From positions 33,976,001 to 34,040,000 of the forward strand of contig OZ231126.1 of assembly GCA_965153355.1 (NCBI GenBank): DNA of 64,000 nt. Direction: 5' to 3'. The DNA is from Flaccisagitta enflata (Eukaryota). The stretch's first letter is position 1; each line of letters opens with the position of its first letter. This document shows, piece by piece, positions 51,783 through 64,000 of the stretch. Below the pieces are notes generated by a model. That model did no database searches. It worked only from the letters and a program-made list of their open reading frames with translations, and had not been told where the DNA came from. The translations under genes were made by a program, and so were the position numbers.

Positions 51783-53418
51783 TAGGATGGCCAATCCTGA
51801 ACTACATGCAGTTGAATAAAATTAAGAAAAAATTCGTTTCTGAAATTGTTGCCCTTGAGGATCACCATAAAACGAGGTTTGCGGGACGTTAAAGCCGTCA
51901 TTAAAGCCGTGCCTAATGTTCCAAATTCATGAAATAAGGCACATTAGTTCATTTGAGGGAGTTCTATGGGTTTTGACAGCAGTTGTTACACTTAGTCTGT
52001 ACCCGAACAATCCTTTTCCGCCTAATTTTTGCACATGTGTTACAACCCACTTCGTCCGTCGGTCGGTCGGTTAGTCCGTCGGTCACACTTTACTTTTTTT
52101 TTATGTTTTTATTACTTTGACCTCCCTGCAGGCCTCTCAGACCCTAGCACTGGCCATTCAGACCCCAAATCAGGCCTTTCAGAGCCCAAATCAAGCATGC
52201 CAGACCCCAAACCACGCCTCTCAAACCCAAAATCAGGCCTCTCAGGCCCCCAAAGCAGCTTCTCAAACCAGAGAAAATTGCCCTCTGTGGAATCATAGGT
52301 CATCGGCCCCTTCGGGGCCGCTGCCCCTTTCATCATCTCATTCCCACATACACTAAGGGGCCTCGGGTAGCGCTGCTTATGAAACGCTTTTGCGACTATT
52401 ACATGCTGTTAGCACGCTTTTCTATCATACAGATAAAAGTCTACAATACATTGATTTAATGTGTGATAGTGCACCCTACATCAACAAAGCCATTATTAGG
52501 CATACAACTGCCAAACTGATACACTGATATAGCAATTACTTTGAATAAAGTTGCATCTATATTGTGAATTGTTGGCTTTTCGTAATGATGGAGATACATA
52601 AGCTAAAAAGTCCAAAAAGCTCATTTGCATATTGCAGTAAATTATGACTTTGAACGATGGCACATAGCAGTTTTATAAAACTGTAATAAACATATTGCAA
52701 CTGTCTAAGAATAGATTTATCTAGTGATCAATCATATCTTTTTGATATTTCAATGATTTTCATTGGTTTTATTGACCTTCATAAATCTATTTTTTATTCT
52801 CTTTTCACCCCTTAGTTGAAAACGGCTTATGTTTATAGTATACAATTTTGATGTCATCCAGCCGCCTGTATACCTTGACTTCATTTGACCCATGCTACCT
52901 GTAGTTAAGTAAAACTGTACCTTTTTTTGATTGGAACAGCTAGCCAAAAGGCTTAAGTCGTTATGTTACCTCTGAAATGAAAGCTAGGACCCCATTTTGA
53001 CCTAGAGGGGTGGTAACTATCCATACATACACAGAAACCATCTAAAGCGCTCATTTATGCACTTTTCGACCTGTGTCCACAGACCCAAAGACGAACCAAT
53101 GGACCAACGGCCGGACAGACGGACGGACAAAGCCTCTTATAGACTTGCGTGTCCGCCACTAAAAAGTGGAATAGAGTATTAACTAACACAAGTGTAAAAG
53201 ACTGTACATTTTTGTTTTTCCCCCACCGAGTTTTGGATTTACTTTCCACGAGTGATGGTGCCCTCGTTCACAATCAAGGTAATAAATGGATCACTTGTCG
53301 GCCGTTTCGCAGAGTTACGAGAAGTCGAGAACCGCAAGAACCTCGACCCACCCACGAATTTGACAAATGCTCGTTTCACTTCTTAAAACTCTTTTTTTTT
53401 TCGCCGTCAGTCTGGCAT

Positions 53419-53952
53419 TTTTAGTCGCGTGCACGCGACTCTACACCCCGCTTTGTCCGTTCGTCCGTCGGTCGGTCGGTTGGTCGGTCGGTCTGTCGGT
53501 CCGTCACACTTTTAGTTTTTTTATCATTTTTTTTAAAAGTCATTTAAAGTCATTTAAGAGTATACTGAGTCATTCTAAGTCATTCTAAGTCATTTTAAGT
53601 CAATCTGTAAATCTCTCACGCGACTTATAGGTGTTGGCCTTGTTGATTGTTCTGTTTACTTTTTAGTCGCGTGCACGCGACTCTACACCTTGGTCTGTCG
53701 GTCAGTCGGTCAGTCGGTCCGTCCCGTAACATTTTTAAATTTTTAAATTTTTAAGTATTATAACGTTGTTTAGCATTCATTAACAACCTTTAACATTTTT
53801 TAACATTTTCTGACTTTTTTGGCATTTTAACATTTTTTAACATTTTTTAACATTATCTAACATTTTTTAACATTTTTTAACATTTCCTGACATTTTAACA
53901 TTTTGTTTGTCATTTCCAGACGCACGCGACTGTTGCCCTCTTGGGCTTGTTC
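53419..53952 (+). mobile_element. Two adjacent HINE family 1 copies (~53419-53644, ~53660-53952)
   Basis: Each begins TTTTAGTCGCGTGCACGCGACT, has (GGTC)n and ends CACGCGACT...CTTGTT. Confidence 0.7.
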
Positions 53953-55119
53953 CTTGTTACTATACTGGTTCCTGGATTCTTTCGCTTTTTGAAAGCTTGT
54001 TTGTTTTCTCTTACATTTGTTACCGTTGGCGTTTTTGGCTCAACTATACAAAGGAAGAATTGTCCGACTGTTAGTCCGACTGTTGCATGTTGGTCCTGTT
54101 TTAGTAAGAGAGCGATTCAGCTGGGCTAAGTTGTGTGTAATTGATTGACATCTTTCAGATTACCATTTCTATCTACACTGCCATCAATGTGTTAACAACA
54201 ACTTTTGTCTAAAGAATTTTACGTCGGTCAAGTTTCGGACGCACAAAATGCGGACAGACAAACTGGTTCTCAAAAAAAACCATAAGCGCATCCAAAAACC
54301 CTTGGTGGCCTATTTTGAATGTCATGAAACCGGCGCAAACGAGAATGTTTACCATCCCCCTTTTTTTTTCTCTCTCTCTTTGCCCGGAGCAAGACAGGGC
54401 TGAACGAAGGCACCGGGCTGAAATTTGAGCATTATTTTCTCTTTATGAGATAGCAATTTTTTCTGATGGCGTGTTTTATTCCCGCGCGAAAAATGCTTTC
54501 AATGCATATCATCAAAATGGCGGAAATCAGATTTAGGGCGTCACAGGGCTTTTTGGCATGATGAGCGAAACTATTGCCATTTGGAAGTTATGCATTCGGA
54601 ATTATTAGGGAAAGGGAATAGATATGGAATCACTAGCCCGACACTACCAGGGTCAATTGGAAGTGATGATGATGCATCAATGGCGATATGAAGTGGGCAA
54701 AAATTTACTTACCACATCGATTTTTTCTTCCTTTCTGCCAACCATAACCTAACATTACGCAAGAATAATTGATCTTCACTAAGTGCTATGTTATGAATTA
54801 TGTAGAGGTTTTCCATTTTCCCAGAAGTATAGAGATTCAGTTTTTGCGTGGTTGTCGGTGTTGTTGTTGTTATCTCCCCCTAAAGCAATCGCCACCAAGG
54901 GAGAAATTTTCTGTTCTCCCTTCGACTTTTGTTTATCCCTCTTTTCGACCCTTATCGAATATTTATGGCCAGGTAGTAAATATCACGAGTGGGAACGCAT
55001 GCGCGCGCGACCCGCCGCGGCGACCTGCTTCACCAAAAATCGCCGAAACGTGGAGTGGGAATAAAAACCCAAAACAAAACAACAAGCCTGACTATACTTT
55101 CAGCATACGTATTGGACTT

Positions 55120-56555
55120 AGACTTCAAGGTGGCAAGGGTGGTGCCGGTCTTTAAGGGAGAGGACCCGACCCAGTTCTCAAACTACCGGCCTGTGTCGGT
55201 ATTGCCCACCCTCTCCCAGGTTTTTGAGAGGGTGCTTAGGGCGAGACTGGAGCGCTTCCTGGGCAAAAATCGGGTTTTGGCTCCTGGCCAGTATGGCTTC
55301 AGACCTGGCCACTCCACGGCCATGGCTGTACTGGACATGGTGGAAAGGGTGAGGGGGGCGTGGGCTAGGGGTAATGTCTCTCTTGGGGTCTTTGTTGACC
55401 TCAAGAAGGCATTTGACACCGTGGACCATGGTGTCCTCCTGGCTAAGCTTGAGCATTACGGGGTGAGAGGGGGGGCTCTGGGGCTCTTCCGGAGTTATCT
55501 GGGTGATAGGTCGCAGTATGTGGTTTATGGGGGGCAGGAGTCAGAGAGGGGGCAGGTCAGGTGTGGAGTCCCTCAGGGCTCAGTGCTCGGCCCCCTTTTT
55601 TTCCTCATCTATGTCAATGACATGATGAGAGCATGTGGGGACCTAGAGCCGGTCCTGTTTGCGGATGACACAAACATCTTTGCGGAGGGGAGGGACCCCG
55701 CTGAGCTTTTGGGGAGGGTGAACAGGGGTCTGGGCATGCTCAGTGAGTGGTTTAGGTGTAATAGGCTTACTCTGAACCTCAAGAAGACAGAGTATGTCTA
55801 CTTTGGCAGACCAGGGGGGAGGGCTGACCCACCGGGGGGGATAGAAATGGGGGGGGGAGCAGATTAGACGGGTGCAGGAGGCCAGGTTCCTGGGAGTCTG
55901 GGTGGATGAGGGGTTAAGATGGGCTGGCCAGATGGATAGGGTTAGTAGGAAGGTGGGGCAGCTCTTAGGGGTGATAGGGAGGGCGGGGTCTTCTTTGAGT
56001 GGTGGGGCGCTCCTTTCGCTCTACAATGCGCTAGTCCTCCCTCACCTTCAGTACTGCCTGATGGTTTGGGGTGACTTTAAGGAGGGGCGGAACCTGACAG
56101 CTGGGGGGGCGCTGCTCAGGTATCAGAAGCGGTTCGCTGGGCTGGCTGCTGGCATGAGAGGATCGTACCATGCGGACCCGCTTTTGGCGGGTCATGGTAT
56201 GCTGAAAGTTGGGGATTTGTATCGGCAGCAGCTGCGGGTCCATGCGTGGCGGTTTTGGAATGGCAGGCTGCCTGAGAACCAGGCGGCAATGCTAAGGAGG
56301 GTTGGGGGGGTTCATGGGCATGGCACCAGGGCGGCAGGGTCGGGGTTGTTTTTGTCCACCAGGGACCACCGGTCTGTGGGGTACAGGGTACCAAAGGAGT
56401 GGGGCACAGTGCCGGAGGGGCTGAGGGGGGCTCCCTCACTGGGGGCTTTTAAGAGGGGGTCGAAGGGGGGGTTTCTGTCCCAGTATGCGGGGTTTGTCTG
56501 CCGTGAGTCTGGCTGTCGGGTCTGTGCGTGGCAGGCTAACCAGCAACGTGGGTAG
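55120..56555 (+). pseudogene. 5'-truncated GC-rich CR1/L2-group reverse transcriptase
   Basis: NYRPVS, QYGFR, DLKKAFD, PQGSVLGP, FADD, FLGV motifs; C-terminal CxxxxCxxC; one +1 frameshift in the G-run 55849-55857. Confidence 0.9.
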
Positions 56556-57331
56556 GTGAAGCGGAAGGAGGTCGGATTTTTGCGTATCTTGGCTCATCTG
56601 AAAACTTGTAGTGAACTATTATCTTGGCTTCGTTTTAGCCCTATCGTGTTGGCTGTGATTTTTCGCAACGCATTCTTTAATTATCGCTATCATTTTTATC
56701 TATTACCAAGGGGGAAACAAAGAAGAGAAAATTAAAAAAAACAAATAAAAAAAAAAAAACAAAAAAAACAAAAAACAAAAAAAAAACAAAAAAAACAAAC
56801 ACAAAAACACAAAACAAAAAATGAAACGAGTAGAAAAATAGTTTTCCCCTGTTACTGTACTTAATGCGATCATACGCGTTGTCGTCATTCTCTTTATCAC
56901 TGTTGCGTTCTGTGAATTTAACCTTGCTGTTATCTACTGTTATGATAAAAAAAATTGAATTGCAACTGCTCGAGATCAGTCTTTGGTCTATTCGCTTCAC
57001 ATGTTGCCTTTACCTTTCTCTCTACAGATTATTTTTTCTCCCTCAGGCTTGAACCCTTGAGATCTCGTACAAAGGGTGGGGATATTTTGAGAGGATGAAA
57101 GCTGTTATGCTACTCAGTAGCATTTTTTTCAGAAGAGAAATGTTGTTATGAGTGAGCGAGATTGTGAAACAATTTTTTGGGGAGGGAGGTGATTAGTTTT
57201 TGGAGAGGATGTGTATTGCATAATGGAAGCGTCACGCTTGTCGGCACGTTGTCAAACCATACTTTGCGCTTGTTCCAGCTTGGGCCCTCATAGGCACACT
57301 CTAAGCATGATTCACCGCTAACAAAAACAAA

Positions 57332-57370
<39 letters not shown>

Positions 57371-57978
57371 TCAGAAAACTAGAGCAACTCAAGACCCGAA
57401 GACAAAGACTGAAAGAGACAAGTGTTACGACGTCTTTCAGGCTTTCAAAATGGAGATTCGTTGGCATTCGATGATTGGTTTGCCCTCCATGTCTTCTCTT
57501 TCCCGCGCACTCGGTTGATATCTTGCAAGATATATGTAGCAAATTGCACTGGTTGAGATAAGATAGCATTGGAAGACCATAAAAAGTAGGGCCCAATTAA
57601 CCTGAATGCCATCGCCAGTTGTGCGCGTTGAGATGTCATCAAGCGAGACTGGATTGAGAGGGGGGGGAAATCAGAGAGTAGCTGAAGCCTGAAGCAATCA
57701 CGATTTCCGACATTGATGGAAAGGCTAATAGCGCAACCAATGAGCGAGAAAGAAGAAATAAATGGGAATGTCTTTGGGACTGACTAATTCCTACGAGTGT
57801 AAGCCATCGCACTGCAAAGAAAATGAGGCGTAAAGATTTTAGTCGCTTTTAGTCGATTTTAGTCGATTTTAGAACGATCCTTTTTAAAAGGCAAGGCAGA
57901 GATTTGTTTATGTATTTGAGTCGGCAGACTCACTGTTGCGATGTTGCTATCATGAAGTGCATTAAAAAACCAACGACG

Positions 57979-58080
<102 letters not shown>

Positions 58081-60589
58081 TCTGTGGGTAAGACACGGTA
58101 TTAAGAGGAGATATGCGCAAGAACGCACCTCATTGACTAACAGTTTCTTATCGCATTGAGCGCTCGTAAAGAAAAGGCTACTCGGAGCCAAAGTGCATTC
58201 ATTGATTGAATCGGTTCTCGTTCACAAAAGTAGAAGTGAAAAGGTCAAAATTTGCCTCTCTGATGCGTTTACTCCAAAAGAATCTCTCACGGTTGAAAGG
58301 CAAGCACAAGCCTTCGTATCGGCTGACTTCCTCTTTTATCAGTAAGACATGAGAGGACAGGGCATATACCAATGTATTGCAACTGAGCGAGTTACCGAAT
58401 CGATTTCATAACAAAACTTTGTCTACGGAACTTCATCAGTTGAACTTGTAGAGAAAAAAGAAAAGAACAAAGGGGATGAAAGTGATTTTGTTTTGACATT
58501 ATCCAGATTTTTTTCACATCATTGTGCATGTCAAAGTGTTTACTATGTTGACTCATCTCGAAAGGAAAATAATGGTTTTATAACCGGAGAATTTCCGTTC
58601 ATTTTCATCCTCCAGGCGGTCGATGCATAGGATTTTTGCATAACATGCATCGAAGTTAGTTCTCATTCACTCCCCTCTTTCTTTTTAGTTGACACGCAAC
58701 TCTATAAGAGACTTTGTCCGTCCGTTGGTCCGTTGGTCCGTGATGGTCGAGTACGCGAGTTGAAAAGTGCAAAAACTCGTTTGTGAGTGTGTTTGGGGTG
58801 GGCGAGGGTGTGTATGGGGGTTGTATGCCCCTGCCCTCCCGTCCGCAACGACATTGTGACCCCCGCGTCATTTGTTTTCCTACATCATCTGACAATCCAA
58901 GTCTTTGTAAATTGTAGTACACTCAAAACCATTGATCGGTCGAGAGTATTACGCAAACTTTTCCGCTCTTTTTAGATGCGTCCTCGCATCTCTATAATAG
59001 GCTGTGCCCGTTGGTTGGTCTGTTGGTCGGTTGGTAAAAACATCAAAATCATGCATTTTTCAACAGAAAAATAGTTCTAACCCATTCATAAATGACATTC
59101 ATTCATAAAAAAAACATTCATTCATAAAAAAAACATTCATTCATAAAAACATTCATGCATAAAAAACATTCATTCATCAAAAACATTCATTCAAAGAGGA
59201 CGCATCGTTGGCCTACTTGGCCTTGTTTATTTCTTTTTTACACAACAGGAAGGCAAAAAATCAATAGGCGTTTTGTTCTGTCAAAAAGGCATGAATGAAA
59301 GGGACTATAGCCAGTGGCGGGGTTGATAAGAGAGACACACACACACACACACACACAAAGAAATATTGAGATGCAATGCCGAGATTGGTTTCAGCGTTGA
59401 GTGACAGCGTGAAATTAGGATCATTTTCATATTAGAGTTACCGAAATGCTGCTGACAGCCAGATTGCGAGGTTATGAGTAATGATGTTATGACTTTTAAT
59501 GATTGGAGTTGGTCGACTTTAGTCAAAGCTCATTCAATCTGCAAGATGCATGCTTTTCTCCATTACATTATATATGTCCTTCACGATCATGATCGCTATC
59601 GCGCCTTTTACCCACTATGTATTTTGTCGTCCACACTTAATCTTTGAAAACGTGTTATTCAACGAATTTGGTTCTAACATTCAATTGAAGCCATACTGAA
59701 TTGAGAGTTCTCGGTAATGCGAGCTGCAGGTACTCAGCTGGACAACTATTCATGTCAACTTTGACTTTCGAGAATGAAAATTTGGAATCAATGGGCAAAG
59801 TATGACTTATACACACAGCGTCAAGTTAAATCCCCAATCATGGGCTTACGTGATCTCGGATGAAAGTCGGTATTGTTTTTACTCTTGACTTAACTTTATC
59901 GTCTTTGATTTTCAATGCGCGGTTAAAAACTGATAATGAGGAAAAGATGGCATTTCTTAGATAATCAAAACTTATGAAATTATAAAACGCTTTGATTGTG
60001 CGTATCTTCCCTGTAGATTTTTTTTGTTTCAAAAATCGTTGATTCATGCTCACATACAGTCTTGGTTTTCTTTTCATGTAGCCACCCCTTTCATCCATCC
60101 GCTTTTGAAACATACAAAAAAGCGTCCTTTTATCTTACTCGTTGCCGACGTTGCGCGCCCAAAACAAACAACGTCACAGTCGTAGTTTTTATTGATATAA
60201 GAAAGAGGCTTTCGTCAGCTTTTAAACGCTGAGACGAGGGAATTGGTTGAAGAAGAAGAAGAAGAAGAAGAAGAAAAAGAAAAAAGAAGAGAAAAGAAAA
60301 AGAAGAAGAAAAAGAAGAAGAAAGAAGAAAAGAAGAAGAAAAAGAAGAAGAAGAGCAGTTGCAGAAGAAAAGAAGAAAGAAGAGGAAAAGAAAGATGAAG
60401 AGAAAAAAAGCTTAAGCCTAAGACTAAGGCTTTGCGAAAAAAAGGAAAAGAAATAGAAGACGTGAGAGAGAAAGATAGAAAAAAGATTCTTATTGATGAA
60501 GAGAATTATAAGAGAAGTGAAGTTGGAGGTTGTGGTGGTGGGAGGTGCAGTGGAGGACAGCATTTGAATGTGAGAGATAGATTATGTGA

Positions 60590-60633
<44 letters not shown>

Positions 60634-61265
60634 GAAAGAAAGAAGAAGGAGAAATTTAAAGTTTAAGGAGAGAAGAAAGAAAAGAAAGAAAAAGAAAGAA
60701 ATGGAAGGTCAGCAAAATGAAGGAAAACAATTGAAGGAAGAAGAAGAAGACAGGAGGAAGGAAGAAAGGAAGGAAGGAGGGAAGAAAGAAGAAAGAAATG
60801 GAAGGACAGCAAAATGAAGGAAAACAAGGATAAGAGGAAACAGAAAGAAAAGAAACCAGAAGAAAAAACAATGGAATAAATGGAGAAAACAGAAATGACA
60901 AGGGAATTAGAGACGAAAAAAAATTATGAGATGGAAATCAAAAGAAGACAGTGATAAAAAAAAAGGAAAAGAAAAAATCTCCAATTGAAAAGAAAACAAT
61001 GGAAGAAGGAAGAAGAGATCATGATATTATAATGGAAATCCTATGAAATAGTGAATAGGATTTATGGCTCCGAGGATAGCGTCTCCTAGTCGAGACTTAA
61101 ATAGTGATGGATGGGGTTGAATCTGAATGGATGAACGTTTCTAGGATATATGGTATTGGTGCTGCTGTTCCGAGGGCGTTTTCGCGTCCTCTTGAAATAA
61201 AATATTCAAAGTCATATTGGATATATTCGTTTCCTTTTCTGTCGACCCTCAATTGATCAGAAACA

Positions 61266-61348
<83 letters not shown>

Positions 61349-61420
61349 TTTTTTTGCCACTGGTTCCTTGATCTAGATTTGAAACTGAAAGAATATCAAA
61401 ATGAATGAACAATCCTTTGT

Positions 61421-61695
61421 TTTTAGTCGCGTGCTACACGACTCTACAACCCGCTTTGTCGGTCCGTCCGTCCGTCCGTCCGTCCGTCCGTCCGTCCGTC
61501 CGTCCGTCCGTCCGTCCGTCCGTCCGTCCGTCCGTCCGTCCATCCGTCCGTCTGTCCTTTGGTCCGTAACACTTTACTTTTTTGGGGTTTTTGCGGTCTT
61601 TGGCCTCACTGCTCCTGCCCAAATGATGGAGAGGCCTTAAATATGGCCCCTGCCCACCCGCACGCGACTTGGGTAGCCGTGTATCCGGCCTTGTT
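61421..61695 (+). mobile_element. HINE family 1 copy with an empty paralogous site
   Basis: Full structure; absent from the left arm (~22715), where a plain T-run is found; no TSD. Confidence 0.85.
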
Positions 61696-61776
61696 CCTTT
61701 TTGCCACTCCATCTAAAAAATTTTCAGTCATATGACGCTGCTTCATTCTTGACAGCTACTTTATCTTTCTTTATAT

Positions 61777-62433
61777 TTTTAGTCACGTGCACGCGACTCT
61801 ACACCTTGCGGTGTCGGTCGGTAGGTTGGTCCGTTGGTCCATCTGTCCGTCGGTCCGTCACATTTCTAAAATTATGACTTTTTAAGATTTTTAGTCGCAG
61901 ACACGCGACTCTACACCTTGCCGTGTCGGTCGGTATGTCGGTAGGTCCATTGGTCCGTCGGTCCGTCACATTTCTGAATTCCGAGTGGTTTTCGCATTAC
62001 TGCTCCTGCCCAACCGTCCGCGACTGGATTGCCGTGTATCCGGCCTTGTTTAAGGTAATTTAAGGTACTCTAGGGTATTCAAGTACTAGGGTACAAGGTG
62101 CTAAGTCAGGGTACTTTAAGGTACTCTAGGGTTTTTCAGGATACTTTAGGGTACTTCAGGGTACTTTAGGGTACTTTGGGTATTTTAGGTATTTTTGGTA
62201 TTTTTGGTACTTTTACTTTCGGTATTTTTGGTATTTTTTGGTATTTTTGGGTATTTTTGGGTATTTTTGGGTATTTTTGGGTATTTTTGGGTATTTTTGG
62301 GTGTTTTGGGTGTTTTAGGTGTTTTGGGTATTGTATCGTATCGAGATTGTATCGACATTGTATCAATACATATCGCGCGGCCTTTTGTTTGTCGTTTCCT
62401 GACGCACGCGACTGTTGCACTCTTGGGCTTGTT
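61777..62433 (+). mobile_element. HINE family 1 copy with a nested copy (~61890-62051) and a 10-bp GGGTATTTTT array
   Basis: Two 5' palindromes and two 3' ends; empty A-run site in the left arm (~22620). Confidence 0.75.
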
Positions 62434-64000
62434 TTTTTCCATAATCATTTCGGCGTGTAAGGAAAACTGATATTGTCAATAAGATTGTCGGAATGAACGA
62501 GATATTAACAGAACTTCACCATAATGTCAATACCAATACTTTCTGCTTTTGCGTCTCGTCCCGGCAACGATGCGAGCTGATTGCTTCTCCGTGCAGAGTG
62601 ACAGCTGAATTTATGGACGGATAAGAAAAAGGGTTTACTAGGACGCCCACATTATTGTGGCCAATAATTACCAAAACGGCGTTTTCTGTAAAGACATATC
62701 TGATGTCTTACGTATGTACGGATGGACAAATTGGCGCGGCGGTGGAATCGTTTTATGTACAGACGGACTTGCAAACCGTCTCATACATGTGCGAGGACGC
62801 ATCTAAAAATGGATGAAATGGCTTCTTCTATTCAATCATATTAGAGTCAGAAAAAGAAACAGAAATAGTCGCTAAATTGTCATATGGTCAGGAGTTACCC
62901 GATGCCTCTAAGTTAATGTATGTGAGAATGAGATAGTGATGGGGCAGCAGACTAAAAAGGACCAATGGCAATAAGCTAGGTTTTGGCTTGGGTAATTTGG
63001 AGAATCTTCTGGTCTTAGGAGTCGAGTTGAAAGCATTTTGGCTACAATTTGGGCCTTAAAACTAGGATTCAAGCGTTGAAGTTTTTGTTTTAGAGCTTCA
63101 GACTGAGATTTGGGCCTATAGGATGTGATTCAGGCCATGCAGTTAGGATTTAGTCCTTGAATTGGAATACGGATCTTGAGGCTAGGGTTTGGGTCTTGAA
63201 ACCGGAATTCAAGTCGGAGAGAGTGAAATAAGCAAAAAAGAAGAAGAAATTTTTCCATATGTTAAAGCTCAGGTCATCGATCTCTTTGGTGCCGCTGCTC
63301 ATGAAGGAATCTTCATGTACAGAACCCTGGCAGCGAAAAAGAAAATAATGATGAGACTGATTACAAAGCAATGTGCCGCACCGATGGCACAATATCTCTT
63401 GGACCCGAAACTAATGACGACTATTCCCACTTATCGCATTATTTCTCTTTTCTCTCGTCTCCCTCGCCAGTTGTAAAATCTCATTCACTCTCTTTCTCAG
63501 CCCATGACGCGAAATCGAGAAGAAGAAGAAGATGAAGATGAAGATGAAGATGAAGATGAAGATGAAGATGAAGATTAAGAAGATGAAGAAGAAGAGACAG
63601 AGAAAAGAAAGAAAGAGTAGTTGGCCATTTCTTTTTCGTTGCTTGAAGTGCCTCGAGATTCTTTTCTTCTTCTTCATTATCTTTTTCCTCCCTTTCTCCT
63701 CTTTTGGCAGAACGAGAAAAGCGGCTTCAGAGGTTTTTGACGGTTCTACAAAAGTTACGAAAGAAGCAAATGCAAGGAAATGTAACAAGGCTATCTGAAT
63801 ATTGATAAAGACGGCGAAATGTCAATGATGACAGCGAAGCATGAAGACTGTCACAAAGACAAAAAATCTAGTAAAAAGAGATTGGGGGAATTTCCATGTC
63901 CACTCGAAGTAAGACTATGTCGGTAGATGCAGGCAGCGGCATCCAAAAAGGAAAATTCAAGAATTCTGAGCTGGTTGCACTTCCAGTGCAGTAGTCGGCA

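Larger units (their letters stand above)
48389..52040. mobile_element. Tc1/mariner-type non-autonomous element (3.65 kb with nested inserts)
   Basis: 27-bp TIR ACACATCTGCAAAAATTAGGCGGAAAA with one mismatch; TA TSD; splits the HINE motif GCGACTCTA|CAACCC. Confidence 0.85.

Overview
Repeat-dense, AT-rich eukaryotic DNA (invertebrate-like; the taxon cannot be fixed from sequence alone). Most ORF-track entries are microsatellite or minisatellite artefacts. Supported content: (1) two near-identical ~4 kb inverted copies (119-4091, 9971-13914) of a non-autonomous CAC...GTG element whose left end is CACAGTG (Transib/RAG-type); their 5-bp TSDs are swapped, so the 5.9 kb between them is inverted. (2) A diverged inverted segmental duplication (20956-28821 vs 57298-window end) whose arms carry different insertions. 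(3) A minus-strand chain of phase-1 exons encoding an EGF-like module, a canonical WAP domain and three compact WAP-like repeats (36779-39412), with a partial duplicate at ~45680-46247 and an upstream frameshifted Gly/Ser/Cys repeat. (4) An intact single-ORF CR1/L2-group LINE with a signal-like N-terminus, a 2A-like motif, PHD, APE and RT. (5) A GC-rich truncated RT. (6) Many nested hAT-like and Tc1/mariner-like MITEs, two Helentron/DINE-1-like (HINE) families and several satellites. All alignments were done by eye.
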